From assembly GCA_039809385.1 (NCBI GenBank), contig JBDHUY010000003.1, positions 32,001 to 96,000 of the forward strand: DNA of 64,000 bases. Direction: 5' to 3'. The notes beneath the pieces were generated by a model. It was not told the origin of the DNA. It worked only from the letters and a program-made list of their open reading frames with translations, and ran no database searches. The translations under genes were made by a program, and so were the position numbers. Below, in pieces: positions 19,817 to 28,840 of the stretch (position 1 is its first letter; each line of letters opens with the position of its first letter). This DNA is from Candidatus Altimarinota bacterium (lineage in GTDB: Bacteria; Patescibacteriota; Gracilibacteria; JBDHUY01).

Positions 19817-20947
19817 ATGGCAGCTCATACCCCTATCAAAAAACATTCTCGCGTCACCGTTTCTGACGGAGCTCTTAATCGTCTTAACCGTTTTGCCCTG
19901 GGCCGCCGCCGGGTAAGCGTTAAAGACAAAGCCTATTTTTACGAACTGTTTGCCGTCATGATCGAAGCGGGTATTCCTTTGTTAAAAGCTCTTTCGATCC
20001 TGGCGGAGAAAACCACGAATTTGCGATTGCGCGAAGTAGTTTTAATGATTCTGAATTTTATAGAAGAAGGTGACAATCTTTCTTCCGCTATGGCCAAATT
20101 TCCGCTGATCTTCAGCGAAGTCGAGGTCGGTATCATCCAGTCGGGCGAACTGACGGGCAGTCTCAATACGGTTATGCTGCGGCTGGCCGAAGATATGAAT
20201 AAGCGTCTGGAACTGACCATGAAGATCCGTCAGGCTCTGACCTACCCGGTTACCATTATCGCGGTATTGCTGTTGTCGGTGTTCGTGATTTTGGGGGTGG
20301 TGATCCCTCCGCTGAAAAATCTGTTCGAATCGCTCAACAGCGAAATTCCGGAAGGGCTTTCTTTTCTGATCGATACGAGTCTTTTCTTACAACAAAATGC
20401 GGCGCTGGTGGTTATATTCCTGCTTCTGCTGATTTCATTCGTAGTAACGTATGTCCGGACCGACCGGGGGAGATCACAGTGGGACCGGATAAAATTGGGA
20501 ACGCCGTATTTGAGCGATCTCGTCAAAAAGATCGTGTTGATCCGGTTTGTGCGCAGCCTCAGTATTTTGCTCGACAGCGGTTTGCCGCTGGTCAAAACGC
20601 TCAAAATTACCGCGGTGGCGGTCGGCAACGAAGTCTATCGGCGTGCCGTGGAACAGATTTTAATGGGCGTTCAGCAGGGACAGCGTATTTCCGAGGCCAT
20701 GGAAGAATTGCCACACTTGTTCCCTCCCGATCTGACCCAGATCGTCGCAGTGGGCGAAACGACCGCCACGATTTCGACCTCGACGCAGAAAATCGCCGCT
20801 CAGTACGAGCGCGAAATCGATCATAGTCTGAAAAATCTGACCAACATTGTCGAGCCTATCGCGATTTTGGGTGTAGGATTGGTGGTCGGCTGGTTTGCCT
20901 TTGTCGTTCTCGGATCGATCTTTTCGATTACCGAACAGCTGGGATAG
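19817..20947 (+). CDS. pilC: Type IV pilus inner-membrane platform protein (PilC/GspF)
   Basis: MIEAGIPLLKAL, GELTGSL, ALTYP, LLDSGLPL, VGETT, IVEPI. Confidence 0.92.
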   Translation: MAAHTPIKKHSRVTVSDGALNRLNRFALGRRRVSVKDKAYFYELFAVMIEAGIPLLKALSILAEKTTNLRLREVVLMILNFIEEGDNLSSAMAKFPLIFSEVEVGIIQSGELTGSLNTVMLRLAEDMNKRLELTMKIRQALTYPVTIIAVLLLSVFVILGVVIPPLKNLFESLNSEIPEGLSFLIDTSLFLQQNAALVVIFLLLLISFVVTYVRTDRGRSQWDRIKLGTPYLSDLVKKIVLIRFVRSLSILLDSGLPLVKTLKITAVAVGNEVYRRAVEQILMGVQQGQRISEAMEELPHLFPPDLTQIVAVGETTATISTSTQKIAAQYEREIDHSLKNLTNIVEPIAILGVGLVVGWFAFVVLGSIFSITEQLG

Positions 20948-20968
20948 AAGCCTCAATTTGTTATACGG

Positions 20969-21136
20969 TCATGCTGGCTCCGCCCAGCATCCGGAAACGC
21001 ACGGAATGCATGGAAGGTACTTCGTGGTGAGTAGCTTGATCAAAACAATCCCTTCCTCGGTCAGTGAGTAAAGCGTACACCCTTCTCATTCACCATCGTT
21101 ATAACAGTCCCCGGACTCCGGGCAAGCCGGAGTGAC
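20969..21136. repeat. REP-like palindromic element pair (GTCA... / ...CCGGAGTGAC)
   Basis: cccggactccgggcaagccggagtgac at 21110-21136, near-identical to 22811-22836 and 32202-32228. Partner hairpin gtcatgctggctccgcccagcatccgg. Confidence 0.75.
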
Positions 21137-21389
21137 AAGCAGAAATCGCCGGATTATTATTTACCTTGCAATTCCCTGCGCTCTCTGCCGCAGGGTGCTT
21201 CATCGACCTTGTGTTTTGAACTTTGGTTTTCTTTTGTCATTTGCCTGCCTGTCGGCAGCCAGGGATTTTGATATTTTAACTTTCTCCCTGCTTGTATCGC
21301 ACTCTTTTATCTGTTTTAGCAACAGTTTACTTGTAAATAGGAATCCAGATATATATAATTTCTATATATTTTTTCAATATACTTTATAT

Positions 21390-21695
21390 ATGACAACAAC
21401 CATTAACCTCGATCCAAAAATTCGTCTCAAAGCCAGCAAAAGAGCCAAGAAGGATAATATGTCCCTCTCGGGCGTCATCCGGCTTCTTTTGAACGATTAC
21501 GCCGAGGGAAAACTAAGGGTCGGGATTGTGCTTTCCGATGAATCAGAATTTGAGGTTCTCTCTGTGGATTCGGATACGCAAAAAACTATGGATTCGATCG
21601 GGCAAACTTGGTCTTCTATTTCATCTCCCCATGCAACTCGTCCTGGCCAAAAGCATCGCAAAACGAGAGTTTCCAAAAGGACTCTCTCGGTCTGA
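21390..21695 (+). CDS. Putative ribbon-helix-helix antitoxin/DNA-binding protein
   Basis: TTTINLDPKIRLKASKRAKKDNMSLSGVIRLLLNDY RHH-like pattern. Overlaps the next gene. Confidence 0.6.
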   Translation: MTTTINLDPKIRLKASKRAKKDNMSLSGVIRLLLNDYAEGKLRVGIVLSDESEFEVLSVDSDTQKTMDSIGQTWSSISSPHATRPGQKHRKTRVSKRTLSV

Positions 21696-21999
21696 GCTCG
21701 CTCTCATACGAAAAAGTATTCTCAAGCATCTCGCTACGTTTATAAAAGGCGACGCCCTGCCACCTTTCACCCGCCTGGCCAAATATTATATCACTTCGCC
21801 AAATGGCGCTCAGCGGATGGTGTGTTTGGTACATATGCAAAAAAACGATTATTTCCTCTTATTTTATCGGGATAAAAAAGATAAACTGGGAACGAATATT
21901 TCGTTTCAAAATTTGGAATTTCGTGTGTCACTGAAAAAATATTTTGTTCTGTTACAGGAGGATCTTATTCGGATGAATTTCCAGACCTATGAGTTATAA
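21631..21999 (+). CDS. Putative RelE/HigB-like toxin
   Basis: 122 aa, basic, with NGAQRMV...FLLFYRDKKD...NIS reminiscent of RelE/HigB-2. Overlaps the RHH gene. Confidence 0.5.
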   Translation: MQLVLAKSIAKREFPKGLSRSELALIRKSILKHLATFIKGDALPPFTRLAKYYITSPNGAQRMVCLVHMQKNDYFLLFYRDKKDKLGTNISFQNLEFRVSLKKYFVLLQEDLIRMNFQTYEL

Positions 22000-22006
22000 A
22001 TCTACT

Positions 22007-22627
22007 ATGATTAAAAGTTTCTTCCACACTTCTAAAAAAGCCTTTACGCTGATTGAACTTCTCATCGTGATTACGATCGTAGCCTTGATCGTCGCGCTGA
22101 CGCTTCCCAGCTACGAGCTGCTGCAGGCCCGGGCCGCTTTGCAGCAGGGCGTTGACCTGGTGACCGAAACGATCCGTCAGGCCAGGACTTTTTCCACGGC
22201 AGGGTATGAAATCAAGGAGGGCGAAGGGGCTAGCGTAATGGGAGTACGAGTCAAGCAGGGGAGCAATCTGCTGGATATCGTGGCATTCGAAGCGGATCGC
22301 ACCGATCCCGCAAATCCGACACTAAGAAATGAGCGAAATGTTCGGAGCGTGGATCTGGGAGGTAATGTGATTCACGAGATTACCGCTGACCAGTCGCAAT
22401 CCTTACCCGAAGCGCTGATTCTCTTTGATCCGCCTTTCGGTGTGGCACGTTCGGTGTCTTCTCCGTCTTCCGCGCAGTCTTTTCAGCGTGTCGGGATCCG
22501 CATCGGTCCTCGCGGTCAAAAGGCTGAAGCAGTTAATCGCACGGTCGACTTTTTTACGCTGACGGCCCGGATCGAGTATGACTATGATAAGAGATCTTTG
22601 AACTCGAAGCTTTCCGAGGGCTTCTAA
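22007..22627 (+). CDS. Type IV pilin-like/pseudopilin protein
   Basis: Prepilin motif KKA/FTLIELLIVITIVALIV. Confidence 0.88.
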   Translation: MIKSFFHTSKKAFTLIELLIVITIVALIVALTLPSYELLQARAALQQGVDLVTETIRQARTFSTAGYEIKEGEGASVMGVRVKQGSNLLDIVAFEADRTDPANPTLRNERNVRSVDLGGNVIHEITADQSQSLPEALILFDPPFGVARSVSSPSSAQSFQRVGIRIGPRGQKAEAVNRTVDFFTLTARIEYDYDKRSLNSKLSEGF

Positions 22628-22650
22628 AAAAGACTTCAAAACATGATTCT

Positions 22651-22876
22651 GTCATTCCGGTCCCGCCCTAAAGGGCCCCTTTGGACCTTATCCCCGATCA
22701 GTAGATACATAGGACCTGTTAAGTGTGCTCAGTAACTGGATAACCACTCAAGCCGACGTGAGTTTTGAGAACTACGTGTCTTTTCTCTCCATTTCCTAAA
22801 CCCGAACATCCCCGGACTCCGGCAAGCCGGAGTGACATTAAAGAGTAGTCATGCCCCGCCCCGGCGGGGCATCCGT
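22651..22876. repeat. REP-like palindromic cluster
   Basis: cccggactccggcaagccggagtgac (22811-22836), gtcatgccccgccccggcggggcatccg, and gccctaaagggcccctt (inverted copy at 35992-36008). Confidence 0.7.
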
Positions 22877-22997
22877 AAAGACACATAGCTTGTTCACGAC
22901 ACTTAGTGAAACTGTAATAAAAATTCAAGCCTGAGCATTCTTCATCGCGGGTTGCCCTTTCGTTCGGGTTGGAGATGGGGCAATAAGTATCAAAAGA

Positions 22998-23027
22998 TTG
23001 ACTTTTAGCCTGGCTGCACCGTATAAT
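22998..23027 (+). promoter_or_regulatory. Sigma70 promoter of rplJL
   Basis: TTGACT-18 bp-TATAAT directly before the L10 leader. Confidence 0.75.
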
Positions 23028-23033
23028 TGTTTT

Positions 23034-23170
23034 TGTCGTAGATAGCAGGTGTTTTGCCCTTGTTCCGGGGCGACTATAAATCCTGCCGAGACAAGAAATA
23101 CAGGCTTTTCACGGGGTAGCTTACCCTATAGCGTAAAGTCTCTTGTCGTATTGCGATAGGGGATCTTTTT
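23034..23170 (+). promoter_or_regulatory. L10 leader (rplJ autoregulatory RNA)
   Basis: GTAGATAGCAGG...TAAATCCTGCCGAGAC matches the kink-turn/L10-binding pattern and sits upstream of rplJ. Boundaries approximate. Confidence 0.8.
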
Positions 23171-23201
23171 ATTTTCTTTACTACAAGAAGGAGGTGACAC
23201 T

Positions 23202-23726
23202 ATGGCTATTACCCGGTCTCAAAAAGAATCGATTCTATCGGAACTGAAAGACGGCTTTAAAAAGTCCGCTTCGCTGGTATTCGTCAAAAACAACGGCGTT
23301 GACGTCAACAGTCTCAACAGACTCAAAAAAGAACTAAAGAAAGGCTCTGTCGATCTGAAGGTCGCCAAAAAAACGCTGATCGCGTTGGCGCTCAAGGATC
23401 AGGGAATCGAAGATTTTCCCGAAACGATCATGGACGGTCCGATCATGGTTGCGATGAGCTTCGAGGATCAGATTGCCGCTGCCAAAGCCTTGAAGGCTTT
23501 TATGAAGGGCAACGAGAAACTCGAATTCACGGGCGGTGTTTTCGGCACGACCGTTTACGACAAACAACAGGTGACCCAACTGGCGAGTCTGCCTTCCAAA
23601 GAGGAATTGCTCTCTACATTGCTTTCCCGCCTGCAGGGACCTTTGTACGGGCTTCACAACGCGCTTCAATATCATTTGCGCGGCCTCGTGCAAGTTTTGT
23701 CGCAGATCCAAAAGCAGAAAGCGTAA
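23202..23726 (+). CDS. rplJ: 50S ribosomal protein L10
   Basis: MAITRSQK, KVAKKTL, LASLPSKEELL. AGGAGGTG SD. Confidence 0.97.
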   Translation: MAITRSQKESILSELKDGFKKSASLVFVKNNGVDVNSLNRLKKELKKGSVDLKVAKKTLIALALKDQGIEDFPETIMDGPIMVAMSFEDQIAAAKALKAFMKGNEKLEFTGGVFGTTVYDKQQVTQLASLPSKEELLSTLLSRLQGPLYGLHNALQYHLRGLVQVLSQIQKQKA

Positions 23727-23843
23727 AAAATCCCAATATCAATCCGCCACGGCGGATGAACTTGGGTTTTTGAGCTTTGAAACTCCACTGGAATTCCCGT
23801 TGTACGTTATAAATATTTTTTATCCTACTAATTTTCCCTTTTT

Positions 23844-24233
23844 ATGTCCGATTCCAACATGCAAAAAATTCTTGAAATGATCGAAAAGTTGACGGTCATG
23901 GAACTCGCCGAGCTGGTCAAGGCTCTGGAAGAGAAGTTCGGTGTTTCCGCTGCCGCTCCGATGATGATGGCTGCCATGCCGGCTGCCGGTGGTGCTGCCG
24001 GTGCCGAACCTGCCGAGGAAAAGACCTCTTTTGACGTCGAGTTGACTAATGCCGGCGCCAACAAGATCAACGTTATCAAAGCTGTTCGCGAACTGACAGG
24101 TCTGGGGCTGCAGGAATCCAAAGCCCTGGTAGACGGAGCTCCCAAGATGGTAAAAGAAGGCGTCAACAAGGAGGAAGCCGAAAAGATGAAGAAGGCTCTG
24201 GAAGAGGCCGGCGCTACGGTTACTCTGAAATAA
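23844..24233 (+). CDS. rplL: 50S ribosomal protein L7/L12
   Basis: [41 protein letters not shown]. Confidence 0.98.
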   Translation: MSDSNMQKILEMIEKLTVMELAELVKALEEKFGVSAAAPMMMAAMPAAGGAAGAEPAEEKTSFDVELTNAGANKINVIKAVRELTGLGLQESKALVDGAPKMVKEGVNKEEAEKMKKALEEAGATVTLK

Positions 24234-24269
24234 GGGGAATCATCTTGGCGCATTTACTGCGTTTCCTAG

Positions 24270-24307
24270 AAATATCCGCCATAGTTGCTATGGCGGATAT
24301 TTTTTTC
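24270..24307 (+). terminator. Rho-independent terminator after rplL
   Basis: AATATCCGCCATAG-TTG-CTATGGCGGATATT followed by a T run. Confidence 0.9.
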
Positions 24308-24370
24308 TGCGAGTTCTGAACTTTGAAAAAATTTCTCACACCAAGTCCATTTCAAATCAAGACTACACTA

Positions 24371-24614
24371 ACTTGAATTACGAAATCTATTGTAGTCCTA
24401 GAATATGAGTAAACCTCGTCATTGCGAGGAAGCTTGTAGTATGCTTTGAGAGCAAGCTATGAACCAGACGAAGCAATCTTTGTCCTCTACCAGGTAGTAT
24501 GTGAGTGAGATTGCTTCGTCTAGAAAGAACTGTCGAGATACTGTTTTTCAAAGCTTCCTCGCGATGACGCTTTAAAAGGTCATTGTAACGATATATCTAT
24601 TTCGTGATTCAGGT
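24371..24614. mobile_element. MITE-like non-autonomous element with an internal REP-like cruciform
   Basis: 16-bp TIRs (acttgaattacgaaat / atttcgtgattcaggt, 14/16), flanking direct repeat TACACTA (24364-24370, 24615-24621), internal nested inverted repeats 24417-24569. Confidence 0.75.
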
Positions 24615-24807
24615 TACACTATATCAAAGTAGATTTTGTAAAATGCGAAAAGCAGGTCAGGAGACCATGCTCTTGCGATAGAGGTTTTTCTTACTCACTA
24701 TCAAATAGTAGTAATCACCCCGGACCTCTATCGTATTCGCCATTGTTTTAGATCGCAATTCGTATTACAATAATGAGGCTATTTCCCTTTCTCTTTACTT
24801 TCCAACT

Positions 24808-24885
24808 ATGAATAAACCTCGCAAAGTTGCTGCCAGAAAACATCGTAAAAAGAGCGGCAAGACGGTCTCTTTACGGCATCGATAG
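24808..24885 (+). CDS. Possible 25-aa basic peptide MNKPRKVAARKHRKKSGKTVSLRHR
   Basis: ATG after a pyrimidine-rich leader like other starts here. Strongly K/R-rich. Confidence 0.35.
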   Translation: MNKPRKVAARKHRKKSGKTVSLRHR

Positions 24886-24992
24886 AATTTTCTACCATTT
24901 TTTCTCACTAGAAATTATAAAAAGGTTAGGTGGCCTCGTCTTTTTCAGATAAATTTCTCTATAATAAGAGCTAGAGTATTTTCTTTCGTTAC

Positions 24993-26831
24993 ATGAATTC
25001 TAAAGCTTTGCAGCAGGTATATCCTGATATTTATAGACACCTTTTTTCTCAATGCCCTCTCGTGCTTTCGGCACCATTGGGCTTTTATTGGGTGGAACAT
25101 CCTACCGCCCATTATAATGGTGTGATGCTCAGGCAAAAACTCCCTACCAAAGTATTTTTAGGGATAGAATTTACTCAAAAGTCCACTATTGAATTTGGTT
25201 CGTTACAATATTTCTCAAATAGCCGTCAAACTTTTTCATTTGAAAATATCAATAATTATTGGCCAAATCGGATAGAGTTCTTCGACTATCTTACAAAAAG
25301 GTTCAAAAAAGTTGTGTTGGAAAAAAAAGGAATTTGCTTTCATATTCTTGTAGAAGATAATCTTTATAGTTATCCAATTGGAGTCCAGGGCGTTATATCT
25401 GCCTTGATCGCTTCTGCTTTATTGCTTTTGTCGAATGAACTCAATATAAATCAAATACATAGGTGGAGTAGTGTATCACCGAAGCTTTTACTAAAAGATG
25501 AACAGTTAGGATTTTCTCTCGCGTTCAATCTAACACGCACTATAAATTCTATTACGAAGAAAGCTTATACCTGGAATACTGGTGTTTTTGCTGCTCTGGT
25601 ACCGACACCTTATACAGTTATTGCTTTTCCAGGTAGTCAGGTAAGAATGCTAGATTACGAATTCCATAAGAACTCTGATTTTAATTCGGTAGCAACTGTC
25701 CCTTTCTGGGGTTATGATCTCAGTGATTTATACCCAGATTTACCAAAAGAGTCACCTGTTTGGCCTATCGATTTTGGATCTATATTCTCGGGAAAGGCGG
25801 TATTAGCAGGACATACTAGTTTAAAAGGCACAAAAACGAATTATGATACAACGTCACTTCAGGCTTTTATTCGCCAGAAGTTTGCTTCTGATGTCTCTTC
25901 TTCTCATATTCTTCCTGATTTTTACGAAAGCTTCGGCCCGGGTGGCAGTAGAGTTAATCATTATGATACTGACCTGTTAAGTACGATTTCCATAAGACTC
26001 ATCGACCAGCTTTACAGACTTCTTGCTCATGGTTATAGCGAGAATGAAATAAATAACTTTATAAATCTCCTGCAAGCAAGACATTCTGCTGTCATGGCTA
26101 TTGATGATGTTTCCGATCATATGCGAAAAGTACTTCAATCTCTTAATTCTGCTCTGTTTAAATATAACCCCTCCGGCAACTTTGCTCTTTTTGCCATGTA
26201 TGATGTAACGCTGGGCGGAAGTATCGGGTTTGTGGGTCCGGTGAATATGTATCGGGATTGTTTGGAAGAGGCTGTCAAAGAATTACAAAAAGATTATCCA
26301 GATATTTCTGCCGATTATCTCAGCTGGCGTGATGGCTATTCTTCGGATGGTCTTATTGTCGAACAATACCTCAATGAAGGAATAATTTCCAATTATGTGA
26401 ACCGTAGTTCGGTAAAAATTACTGAATACCGTTTTGACCGTATCTCAGAAAAAATACATCTGCTTGAGGCTGTTGATATGCAAAGATATAAAAATGATAT
26501 TCTTGTGAATATAGTTGATCATACTTTATGTATTGGCGATGATCCCGTTAGTAGCAAAGAATTGCATTCTCAAATAGCCACAGTTCACTTGCTCAGTAAT
26601 ATCTTACAGGCTCCAGAATATCGGGTTGCTAGCAAAGAGTTGCCCCGATCTGCTTATACGATCAGCAAGAATGAAATGCAGGGAAAAATAATCGGACCTC
26701 TCTGCTGGCTTGTGGAAAAACGTTTGGGTAAGAAACTCGATATTAGATTAAGCGGAACGAATACAGAATTTTCAGTAGTGCTTCGACTATCATCCGAGAT
26801 TTCGATTATTCTGCTTCAATCTCTTTTTTAA
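24993..26831 (+). CDS. Degenerate GHMP-kinase-fold protein with a putative C-terminal winged-helix domain (paralog 1)
   Basis: SAPLGFYWVEH resembles SAPGKxxLxGEH; PIGVQGVISAL resembles PxGxGLGSSAA; LGGSIGF resembles GGGGC. C-terminal ELPRSAY...KNEMQGKI. Confidence 0.6.
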   Translation: MNSKALQQVYPDIYRHLFSQCPLVLSAPLGFYWVEHPTAHYNGVMLRQKLPTKVFLGIEFTQKSTIEFGSLQYFSNSRQTFSFENINNYWPNRIEFFDYLTKRFKKVVLEKKGICFHILVEDNLYSYPIGVQGVISALIASALLLLSNELNINQIHRWSSVSPKLLLKDEQLGFSLAFNLTRTINSITKKAYTWNTGVFAALVPTPYTVIAFPGSQVRMLDYEFHKNSDFNSVATVPFWGYDLSDLYPDLPKESPVWPIDFGSIFSGKAVLAGHTSLKGTKTNYDTTSLQAFIRQKFASDVSSSHILPDFYESFGPGGSRVNHYDTDLLSTISIRLIDQLYRLLAHGYSENEINNFINLLQARHSAVMAIDDVSDHMRKVLQSLNSALFKYNPSGNFALFAMYDVTLGGSIGFVGPVNMYRDCLEEAVKELQKDYPDISADYLSWRDGYSSDGLIVEQYLNEGIISNYVNRSSVKITEYRFDRISEKIHLLEAVDMQRYKNDILVNIVDHTLCIGDDPVSSKELHSQIATVHLLSNILQAPEYRVASKELPRSAYTISKNEMQGKIIGPLCWLVEKRLGKKLDIRLSGTNTEFSVVLRLSSEISIILLQSLF

Positions 26832-26916
26832 ATCCCCATGGTGTCCCTTGAAACAACCGTATCTTTGGCGTATGCTTGTTGGTAATAGTGTAAATTCTTT
26901 GTTACCTCATGAATGT

Positions 26917-27807
26917 ATGGCCGATTCTTCTATTCAGGACGAGCGTGAGTTTCGGGAGATGATGGCGGAGGTTGATCCGAGTATCAGCAGCCGGTTACTG
27001 GTGGCTTTGGATTTTGCCAAGGGTGCGCATGCGGGTCAAACGCGCAAATCGGGCGAGCCGTTTATTTTGCATCCGATCGCGGTGGGATATGGTTTGTGGA
27101 AAAAATATGAGGATCCTGAGCTGGCGGCGGCGGGTTTTTTGCATGATACGATCGAGGATTGCGAGGATGTTTCTCGCGGGAAAATCTATGAGGTATTTGG
27201 GGATACGGTCGGTTTTCTGGTAGATGCGGCTACTAAAAATTTGTATGATTTTCACTTGCGGCCGGAGGTTGTTTTCGAGGACAAGATCGAGCGGCTTCTA
27301 TGGGCGGGGATGCAGGATATGCGGGTGTTGCTTCTCAAGATCGCCGATCGCGAGCATAATATTTCCACGCTTGCTCATTTGAAAAATAATCGCCAGGTGC
27401 GCATGGCTTTTGAGACTCAGGCTATTTTTCAGCCGCTGAGAAATATTTTGAGAATTGATACGAAAATGACGCTGCCTGAATCTACTAAAAATCTGTATGA
27501 TTTTTTAGAAAAAAATAATCTCAAGTCACCTAAGGATTTGAAGGAGTTTTTGTACCAGCAATGTTATCAGAACTTTAATGATGATGTCTACAAACTCGTT
27601 TATGAAGATTCCGATAAGATTATATGGGAAATCGAGGATATGACTATCTATGAAAATCTTTGTAATTTATCGGATTTCCAGTCCTATATCGACGTAATAT
27701 CCATGTGGACTAATGGAAGACAGTTTAAAGTTTTACTATCCTTTAAAAAAGGTTACGTAATCGACGAACCTAACATAAGCTTGAAAATTTCATCTTTTAA
27801 AAATTAA
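26917..27807 (+). CDS. RelA/SpoT-type HD hydrolase without a synthetase domain
   Basis: HAGQTRKSGEPFILHP, LHDTIED, LKIADREHN, ETQAIFQPL. Confidence 0.88.
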   Translation: MADSSIQDEREFREMMAEVDPSISSRLLVALDFAKGAHAGQTRKSGEPFILHPIAVGYGLWKKYEDPELAAAGFLHDTIEDCEDVSRGKIYEVFGDTVGFLVDAATKNLYDFHLRPEVVFEDKIERLLWAGMQDMRVLLLKIADREHNISTLAHLKNNRQVRMAFETQAIFQPLRNILRIDTKMTLPESTKNLYDFLEKNNLKSPKDLKEFLYQQCYQNFNDDVYKLVYEDSDKIIWEIEDMTIYENLCNLSDFQSYIDVISMWTNGRQFKVLLSFKKGYVIDEPNISLKISSFKN

Positions 27808-27811
27808 TAAC

Positions 27812-28792
27812 ATGCTAATTCCTATTCATTCTTTCATTTCCGATTTACGTTTGGAACAAGATCTTTTGCGTGGAATAAAAGTTAGAAGAATTGAACAAAA
27901 ACATCGTTATACCGAAAAAGGAGCTCAAAAATTTTATGAAAGCTATATATCTAATCCTAACACTGAATCGTACTTTGGATCTAGTTTGGCATGGAATGAT
28001 TATTTGAATTTCTTTAAGAGATATATTACCTATGCTGATAAGTTGCAAAAGCTTGCATTTGTATTGTTGGGATGCGGGAAAGTATTGGAGAGAGATTTAA
28101 TAAAGACGCTACATGATGAAGGTCATAATTTGCATTTCATTGGCGTCGACTCATCACATGCCATGCTTGAGTTGGCAAATGAAAATCTGAAGGATTACGA
28201 TTTTGATAAAATGCTTATATGTGCTGATTTCACCGAAGACAATTTTACAACTGAAATTAATCGTGTAATTGGCAGTTTTGATAAGAGATTATTTGCTTTT
28301 CTAGGTGGTACTTTTAGTGTTTTCATTCCTACTGATATTGTTGACACACTGGCTAATATTGTTACAGATAATGATATGTTATGGGTAGAGGTACTACTTC
28401 GTGAAGATATGACTGAAAGAAATAATTTAATGCTATTTAAACATTTTGCTAAACGACTGGAAAGAAGTACAAGAATTCGTAATGATGCATATCCCATCGA
28501 AAAAATGGGAATTCCATTTGAGAACGGAGAAATGACGTTGGAAACTATTAAAGAGCCTGCTGTTGGAGCGATCAATTTTAAGTATGTGTTTCTTATGAAG
28601 AAAAAAACAAGAATACATTTTCGTAATGAGATGATTACCTTACTGCCGGATGAAAAAATTGAGCTTCTAAATATTCGAGCCTATGATTCCGAGAAGCTCG
28701 TTAACTTTTTTGAAGAGCACGGGTTTAAATTTATTAGCTCGGAAAGAAAAAAGAATCGCGGTCAATTCTTATTTCAATTAAAAGAAAAATAG
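27812..28792 (+). CDS. EgtD-like SAM-dependent methyltransferase (Methyltransf_33 family)
   Basis: QKHRYTEKGAQKF, LLGCG, GVDSSHAML, ICADF, FLGGTF. Confidence 0.75.
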   Translation: MLIPIHSFISDLRLEQDLLRGIKVRRIEQKHRYTEKGAQKFYESYISNPNTESYFGSSLAWNDYLNFFKRYITYADKLQKLAFVLLGCGKVLERDLIKTLHDEGHNLHFIGVDSSHAMLELANENLKDYDFDKMLICADFTEDNFTTEINRVIGSFDKRLFAFLGGTFSVFIPTDIVDTLANIVTDNDMLWVEVLLREDMTERNNLMLFKHFAKRLERSTRIRNDAYPIEKMGIPFENGEMTLETIKEPAVGAINFKYVFLMKKKTRIHFRNEMITLLPDEKIELLNIRAYDSEKLVNFFEEHGFKFISSERKKNRGQFLFQLKEK

Positions 28793-28840
28793 TAGTATTG
28801 AATTTGTGATTAAACTTTTAAAGACTCTAAGAACTTTTCG

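Noticed and set aside
27812-28792. Ergothioneine biosynthesis operon
   Set aside because: Only an EgtD-like methyltransferase is present. No egtB, egtC or egtE in the window, so the egtD symbol is withheld.
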